Source of the DNA: Eledone cirrhosa
Lineage: Eukaryota
Reading direction: 5' to 3'
DNA length: 64,000 nt
Assembly (NCBI GenBank): GCA_964016885.1
Contig: OZ024743.1
Coordinates: forward strand, 269,142,001 to 269,206,000
The first letter of the stretch is position 1; each line of letters starts with the position of its first letter. Positions 56,531-64,000 of this stretch are shown in pieces. A model generated the notes under the pieces. That model searched no databases and was not told the DNA's origin. It saw only the letters and a list, made by a program, of their open reading frames with translations. The translations under genes and the position numbers were made by a program.

Positions 56531-57461
56531 TGATGGTCCCAAGCAGTTGCATCGTGAATCTCAGGACTGAGATGACAACTGCAACTACCTGGATCCGGAT
56601 TCCAGGTTCGATCCCGCTGTGTGGTATTTTGGGCATCCTGGTATGGGTGGATGTGGTTATGTGTTTGACGCCGATTAAAGCAAGTTTTGTATTGAATTAA
56701 CAAGAAGTAACTTAGCCAATCTGTTAAACAAGGGTCGATGGCTAGGACTGACTAAAAATCAAAAACAAACCAAACCAAAACCCATAAACGCTGTCTGTGC
56801 ACTAGCGTGGCCGGAGTTCAATGAAAAATAACAATATTTCGTCTCTTATCATGATCGATCATCAATGTATTTGCTCTGCCTCATCCTGATTTTCCTATTC
56901 TCTCCGCACCCCTTCTTCCAACCCAACCGTGCCACTCGCTGTTGTTGAGTAACTGCTGCTGGCCACCATCATCGTCACTACCACTAACATCATAGTGATT
57001 ATCACCACTAACCCCCCCTCCCCACCAACAATGCCCCCCCACCCACCACCACCACTATCACAGAAGCTGCAGTTGCTACTGCTGTGCTCCACAGCTGCCA
57101 TCATCAGATGTCCATAAGATGTGGGCAGGGTGCAAGTAGGGAAGGGTGGGAATGAGGGACGGGTAGTTAAAGAAAGGCGGACACAGTGGTGGACGAGGGA
57201 GGGGGTTATGTATGAAGCAATGGTGGTGGTGATGGGGCGTGTCGGTGGAGAGGAAGGGTTAGTTGATGAGAGAATATATAAGTTTGTGTGTGTGTGTCTG
57301 TGAATTTGAAAGAAAGCGAGAGACGGACGTAGAATGTTGTTGGTGGTGGTATTGACTATAGAGATTATATTGAATTGTTGCTGTTGTTGTTCTTGTTTTG
57401 TGGTGGTGGTGGGGTGATTGTGTTTGTTGTTGTTATGGGGCTGGTGGTCGTTGTTGATGTT

Positions 57462-57650
57462 GAGGTGGTAGTGGTCGTTAGTGTTGTTGAGGTGGTAGTG
57501 GTCGTGGTTGTTGTTGAGGTGGTAGTGGTCGTGGTTGTTGTTGAGGTGGTAGTGGTCGTGGTTGTTGTTGAGGTGGTAGTGGTCGTGGTTGTTGTTGAGG
57601 TGGTAGCGGTCGTGGTTGTTGTTGAGGTGGTAGTGGTCGTGGTTGTTGTT
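57462..57650. repeat. 27-bp minisatellite GTTGTTGAGGTGGTAGTGGTCGTGGTT x~7 within a (GGT/GTT)n region (57340-58240)
   Basis: Direct inspection. Confidence 0.9.
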
Positions 57651-59455
57651 ATTGTTGTTGTGGTGATGGTAGTGCTTGATGTTGTGGTCGTGGTGGTGTT
57701 AGTGTTTGTGGTAGGTGGTGTGTCGTTGGGTAATACGGGGGGGGGGGTGCTTGATGTTGTGGTGGTGTTAGTATTTGTGGTAGGTGGTGTGTCCTGGCGG
57801 TGTGGGATATCATGGTGGGGGTGGCGATGATGTAATTGTGATAGCTGCATGTAGAAGGGACTTATTGAGTTTGTTAAATAAGAGTTGTTGTAATAGTAGT
57901 AGAGGGGGGGGGTGTCAGTGAATGAAGTATTAAAGTGATGGCTGGAGTTATGGTGATGACAGTACTGTAATAGTGGTTGTGGAGGTGGTGGTACTGGTGG
58001 TTGTGGTGATGGTGGTGTGGTGGTTGTGGTGTTGGTGGTGGTGGTAGTGTTATTGTTGTTGGTAGTGGTGGTACCGGTGGTGGCAGTGTTGTTGTTTGTG
58101 GTGGTGTTATCGTTGTTGCTGTTGGTTGTACTGGAGGTTGTGGTGACGGTGGTGGTAATGTTAATGTTGTTTATCGTGGTGGTAGTGGTGATGGTGGTAG
58201 TGGTGGTGGTAACAGACAGTGATAGAGGTGGTGATTGATATTGGTGTTTTTAAGTATCCATTGATGCCGAAGAAAAGACTTTTGTTAACAGCAGAGAGAG
58301 GGAGAGAGAGAGAGAGAAGTATATAAACGAGGAGAGATACAGAGCAAAGCTTGAAAAATGTGTGTGAGAGAGAGAGAGAGAGAGAGGGGAATGAGAGGAG
58401 AGAGGAAGAGAAAGAGAGAGATAGAGGGGGGGGGGTCCTTGGAGTTTTATTGATTTCTATCTCTGGTTTCTTGTATATGCGTGTGTATGTGTCTATGTGT
58501 GTGTATTTCAGTGTGTACACGTGTGTACGTAATTCACCGAATCTATGTTTATCTATAGTGTGTAGTATAATATAATGTAAGAATGTGTGTGTATATAATG
58601 AGTCTGACTGTGTGTGTATATAATGAGTCTGACTGTGTGTGTATATAATGAGTCTGTGTGTCTGTATGTACGTATTTTATTGAATGTATGTCTCTCTCAT
58701 ATCGTGTGTGTGTGTGCGTATGTGTGTTGTACTGTTGGCTATATGTAAATGTGTGTATTTCCAGCTGTGTATGTGTGTGTGTTATGCGTGTAACTGTACA
58801 AGTGAGTGTGTGTGTAGTGTTTTAGAGTTCTGTGTGTGTGTGAGTGTATGTGTGTAAGAGAGAGAGAGACAATGTGTGTGTGTATATGTCAGTATTAAGT
58901 GCTAATATCTATCTATATATCTATATAAATATGTGTGTGTACAACGCTGCGTGTGTAGTGGTTTGTGTGTATATGTTAGTATTGAGTGCTAATATCTATA
59001 TATATATATATGTGTGTGTGTGTGTATGTGTAGCCTTGGATATCAGTACGTATGTACTTGTATTGTGTATTGTTTAATGTTATACATGTAAGTGTATTTT
59101 TAGGCATGTGTGTGATTGCGTATTGTTAGGTGTGTGTATATATATTGTTAGTTGTGTTTCTATGTGTGTATGTAATGTTATGTGTGTGTGTATGTATTGC
59201 TGGGTACATGTATGTTTTATCTGATTAGTTGCCGTCTTCTATCCTCTTATTATCGACCCTTCTATTCGTTTTCATCTTCTATCTTTCATCAACGTTTATC
59301 TTCATCGTTTATCTTGTTTGTCATTGTCTTTTGTCGCCTCCGTGTTTTAGTTGTCTTTTTTCTATCTTCTGCCCTCTTCCTCTTATGTCTTCAGGATGTG
59401 TCTATATTACGATACAGCCACATTAGACAATGTTTCCTCACTTAGTCAACACACG

Positions 59456-59918
59456 TACGTGGCCTATGGGTTACGGTTGTTGGACTCACCATCATAAAAC
59501 CGTGTGTTCGATTTCTCAACTAGGTGCTGCCTTGTTGTCCTTGAGCAGTATGCTTTTATTTTACGTTGTTTCTTCTGCCAGGAGTTGCAACCGGCGGATA
59601 AGACGAGCAATGGAAACATTACTTCCTTGGTCAGATCTGACGATCAGCTTCTTATCCTTCCTGTTTTTTTGTTTTTTTGTTTGTGTTTTTCATCACTTTA
59701 CTAGCTTGTCAGCCGAAGTAATCAGATGGGAGCTGATGTAAGGAAGATCAATTTGGAATGAATACATTCTAAATCTGTCTCACAGACACTGCAAGATAAC
59801 CCGAATTAAGGTACCTACACTAGTGGTTAGGATACTAGATTCCAGATCGTGAAATCGTGAGTTCGTTTCCTGGACCGGGCGCCACTTAGTATTCTTGAGC
59901 AAAACAATTCATTTCCCG
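59456..59918 (+). mobile_element. Two SINE copies (59456-59643; 59820-59918)
   Basis: GTTCGATTTC...TCCTTGAGCA and TAGTGGTTAGG...GAGTTCGTTTCCTGGACCGGGCG...TTCTTGAGCAAAACA. Confidence 0.7.
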
Positions 59919-60272
59919 TTTGTTTTCATGATTAAACTGGAGCTTGTATCATTAAAACACTCGAGAAAATTCCTGCGGGATACAACATCGTAAGAAGCCA
60001 TATGAACCTGCATAAGTGTAAGATATAGATTTATTTTCATTTTTTATGTCAACCTCTATTGCTCGACCACATGTGATTTACAATTTAAAATATACACAGC
60101 AAGAATGATTTACCTTGAAAATAGGCTGATGGGCGTTCTATTGAATACATCTAAATGAAATATATTTCACTGGAAGTGGAAGTGCTCTCTTAAACTAATT
60201 TAGTATTAATTAGAACTGAAAAAAATGTGAGTGAAAAATAAGACAGAAAGGACGTACAATTCCCTACACACA

Positions 60273-60363
<91 letters not shown>

Positions 60364-60489
60364 ATCGAAATGTACATAACAAGTGTGACTATAAATCGAA
60401 CTCTTTATATATATTGTCTGTATGTGTGTGTGTTTATGTTTATGTGTAAATTTTGACGAAATACAGATGTATAATCATACAACCGCGTT

Positions 60490-60549
<60 letters not shown>

Positions 60550-60606
60550 ACATTTTTTACAATTCCAACCCGCCCGCCCCCTCAATCTATTTTATTTCTC
60601 ATTCTT

Positions 60607-60642
60607 TCTTCTGATGAAGGACTAGCGTCCGAAACGTTAAGA
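60607..60642 (+). ncRNA. Ultra-minimal hammerhead ribozyme (family H-A)
   Basis: TCTT-CTGATGA-A-GGAC tagc GTCC-GAA-ACGT-T|AAGA. Loop-less palindromic stem III. Confidence 0.75.
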
Positions 60643-60758
60643 CCCTCTTCCTGCTATATCAAGCGTTAACCTAATATATACCTTCCATATACTGTACCGA
60701 TTGTGTTGTTATTTCTGTTTACCCTTTACATACATACATATATATATATATATTTATT

Positions 60759-60789
<31 letters not shown>

Positions 60790-61075
60790 ATCATATTCCC
60801 CCTGGTTGCGGTGGGGTTGATAACCTTGTTAGAACTCAATGTGTCCTTGGAAAGATGGTTGCAGCGAGATTAGGCGGTGTGGCCAGTAATTTTTGTAGTG
60901 GGTGACCACCGCTTAATGTTTCCTCGAAGAGGTTCCGCCCAGGTTACAGAGTCTATTTTTATTTGTACCCCTTCCACCGTTTTTCCTCCTTTTCCTCTCC
61001 CCTCCCCTTTTTTCTAAATGTCTCTCCTCCACTCCCCTCAACATCCTCGGAACTCTCTTCCCACACACTTTTCGC

Positions 61076-61101
61076 CTGAAGAAGGGCTTATGCCCGAAAC
61101 G
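61076..61101 (+). ncRNA. Family H-A hammerhead, cleavage triplet lost
   Basis: CTGAAGA-A-GGGC ttat GCCC-GAAACG followed by poly-C; shared downstream AGCGTGAA.CTAATA. Confidence 0.6.
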
Positions 61102-61278
61102 CCCCCCCCCCCACTCTCAAGAGCGTGAAACTAATACACCTTTGTTCGTACTGCCTCTCTGTTTTGTTCCCGTTCCATATTTTTCACTATATATATATAT
61201 ATGTGTGTTTGTGTATAGAACAATGGAAACAGGGGGGGGGGGGGTATTAGAGGTAGATAGTTAATTAATTCATTGTTA

Positions 61279-61398
61279 TGTTACACGATCGTTTCAGAGG
61301 ATCGATTGATCGTGAAAGATCGATGTATCGACTAGCATGGTTATTACCTATTTCTGGTCTCCAAATTCCTGTCCGATCGACCATCTTCTTCAGAGACA
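61279..61398 (-). ncRNA. Family H-B hammerhead, degenerate, with ~90-nt stem II
   Basis: Minus strand: CTGAAGA-AGA.GGTCGATCG...CGATCAATC..TCT-GAA-ACGATCGT-G. Inverted relative to the remnant at 61559-61640. Confidence 0.5.
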
Positions 61399-61847
61399 CT
61401 AAACTATGGTTTTATTTGCTACGTATATGTGTGTATATATATATATATATAAAGGGGCAGGGCGCGTAGTTTGTGTGTCCCAATGAGTGAGGAAATAGGA
61501 GAGAGAGGGAGATGCGAATTAAGAGTTATAGGAGGAGAGAGCATATGAAGGGTACATAGAAACGATCGTAAAACAATGATCTAATTAACAATTAACTACC
61601 TACCTCTGAGTTCTGTCTTGTTTTCATTGTTCTACGCACACACACAGGCACACACATATATATATATATAAAGTGTCTGCAGTACTGAGGCCTGGAAGAC
61701 CATAACTTAGAGTAGTTTTCGATATATATATATATATAGAATGTGGTCTACCTTTCGTGGTAGGGTCTATAACGTAGTTAGAACTCAATGTAATCCGTTA
61801 GCAAGTATTTCAAGTTTCCGAAGGAGACGGTATGAACGAACCCATAT

Positions 61848-61936
61848 ATTATTTCTGATAGTATACAGTTCTCTAACTGCTATAGATCGGTCAATATATC
61901 AATATGATCAATCCTCCGAAACGATCGTAAAACAAT
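61848..61936 (+). ncRNA. Family H-B hammerhead remnant
   Basis: ATTATTT-CTGAT(AG)...GATCAATCCTCC-GAA-ACGATCGT-A|AAACAAT. Stem I pairs 6/7; the core is damaged. Confidence 0.5.
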
Positions 61937-61989
61937 GAATGAATTTTGCAAAATAACTTGCTTTTTTTATTATTATTAAACTAATATCT

Positions 61990-62117
<128 letters not shown>

Positions 62118-62180
62118 TGAACACAGGAGGCGATTTTACAATTATATTAGGTTCACGCTTGGTGGAAGTGGAGGAGGTTT

Positions 62181-62209
62181 CAACTTTTCGGACATAAATC
62201 TTTCTTCAG
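62181..62209 (-). ncRNA. Family H-A hammerhead, degenerate
   Basis: Minus strand: CTGAAGA-A-AGAT ttat GTCC-GAAAAGTT, followed by AAGCGTGAACCTAATA. Confidence 0.55.
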
Positions 62210-62330
62210 GAAAGTTCCGATAAGGAGAGAACAGATACACGTATGAGCAGTATGCTTCTGTGTGTGTATTAATATATCGGAGAAACGCACGTTAAATGAT
62301 GTTTAGAACATGCCTTTATATTCCATGAAA

Positions 62331-62481
62331 AGGCGGAGGATTGGTAAACACGTGGGAGCAACGGATAAAATGATTTGTGAATGTTTGTTTCCAGCTTACT
62401 ACATTATGAGTTCAAATCCCGCCGAGGTCAATGCTTTTCTCCCACCCTCACCTCCCTATGTCGATAGAATGTCGTACCAGT
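62331..62481 (+). mobile_element. SINE (central-domain family), decayed
   Basis: GAGTTCAAATCCCGCCGAGGTCAA...GTCGATAGAA...GTACCAGT. Confidence 0.7.
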
Positions 62482-62613
62482 GACGTACAAGGATATATTT
62501 AGTTGTGTTTATGACAACTTGTATGGGTGTGTATGTTGCTATTTGTATAAGTAAAATGTGTGTGAACAAATTGTACATGTAAAATGCATCATAGGAATTA
62601 AAAAATGTGTATA

Positions 62614-62651
<38 letters not shown>

Positions 62652-62750
62652 ATGTCTATCCATCACTCTCTCTCTCCCCCTCCCTCTCTCCCTCTCTCCC
62701 CCTCTCTCTCACCCTCCCTCCTCCCCCTCTCTCTCCCTCCCTCCTTCCCC

Positions 62751-62782
<32 letters not shown>

Positions 62783-63292
62783 GTATGTATATGTGTGTAT
62801 ATAAATATATGCAAACGCATACACGTATACACACGTGTGTGTATTGACTAGCAGCTGTTGTATTAGGACTCTCCGGTACCCTCTCCAGCACCAGCACCAG
62901 CACCAGCAACACCACCACCACCACCACCACAGTAACAGCCTGGTATTCCATCAGCTTCAGTTAGGAAGTGGCAACATCTCTCTCCGTTTCCAATCTATAT
63001 TCAATATATATCTCTACCAATATTCAGAATGGACACTTTGCTGGTCAATTCTTCAGTCTCCATGGTAACACTCTCTGCTGTGGTCAGTTTCATTTACGTT
63101 CTTGACCAGCTAAAACTGACACCTCCCATCCCGCCTCCTTCTACATCTCTTCCTCTCGCTGTCTCATCTCTTCTATTCTCCTTGACCAACTAATTTGATA
63201 TTACTCTCCTTTTCTCCCTATCTCTCTTTACACATGCATAAACAAACACACATACACACACGTACACACACACACACACACTCGCATATATG

Positions 63293-63345
<53 letters not shown>

Positions 63346-63567
63346 CAAGAGACACGCACGTGCACATTTACGCATTCACACAGATGCACAAACATACGCA
63401 AATAAATTACTTACACACAACATTCCCTTTCTACACCCATGTCACACCCCCTCTCTTCTCCCTCTCCCCTCTCTCTGTTACTCCTTTTCTCCCACCACCA
63501 CCTCTCTTTCCCTCCTTCCTATCTATTACTGACCAGCTAATCTGACATATCTGCTCACAACATACTT

Positions 63568-63600
<33 letters not shown>

Positions 63601-63800
63601 TGCTCACACGTTCGCACACACAATCATATATATATATAAAGACATGAGAAGAATGAATACTGCGTGGTTGCACATGGGTTACATATGATAAAAATAGTCA
63701 TTCATCAGTGATTTTCCAACCTTCATTGGTATTTCATCGCTTTAAAAATCATATACCTTCAGTTGGTGCGAGCAATAGCTAAATAAAGCTATTGGGACTT

Positions 63801-63855
<55 letters not shown>

Positions 63856-63942
63856 ATATTTATATATATATGTATATGTATTTATTTATATATATATATA
63901 TTTATTGTTATACTTGGGGAGGGTCATATTTGTGTGATATTA

Positions 63943-63995
63943 CTCTTTTACCTCTCTTTTACCTGTTTCAGCCATCCGGCTGAGGCCATGCTGGA
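63943..63995 (-). mobile_element. SINE 3' tail fragment (also 32539-32588, ~20185-20228, ~28945-28990)
   Basis: TTTTACCTGTTTCAGCCAT.CGGCTGAGGCCATGCTGG is nearly identical to 32546-32583. Confidence 0.65.
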
Positions 63996-64000
63996 TATTT

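Overview
This is AT-rich, microsatellite-saturated eukaryotic non-coding DNA, about half simple or tandem repeats. The SINE/LINE repertoire and (TA)n/(CA)n density look like an octopus or other coleoid cephalopod genome (inference). No intact host protein-coding gene is supportable; nearly all ORFs in the track are translations of simple repeats. Recognisable elements: many decayed tRNA-derived SINEs, a decayed RTE-clade LINE RT fragment (55.8-56.5 kb), a Helitron RepHel pseudogene fragment (36.4-36.9 kb), a complete non-autonomous Helitron (52.55-53.47 kb), pogo and mariner-type MITE remnants, and several minisatellites/satellites. The main hidden signal is a dense population of minimal type I hammerhead ribozyme (HHR) motifs from several unrelated families: 5 near-intact, about 9 degenerate and several 3'-half remnants. 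They have palindromic stem III, sit in short islands between (TA)n tracts, and most likely derive from Penelope-like element terminal repeats. Three fold-back inverted duplications break inside HHR stem II. A consensus recursive-splice-type AG|GTAAGT site at 42093-42100 suggests the window lies in a very long + strand intron. All structures were folded by eye, and SINE boundaries are approximate.
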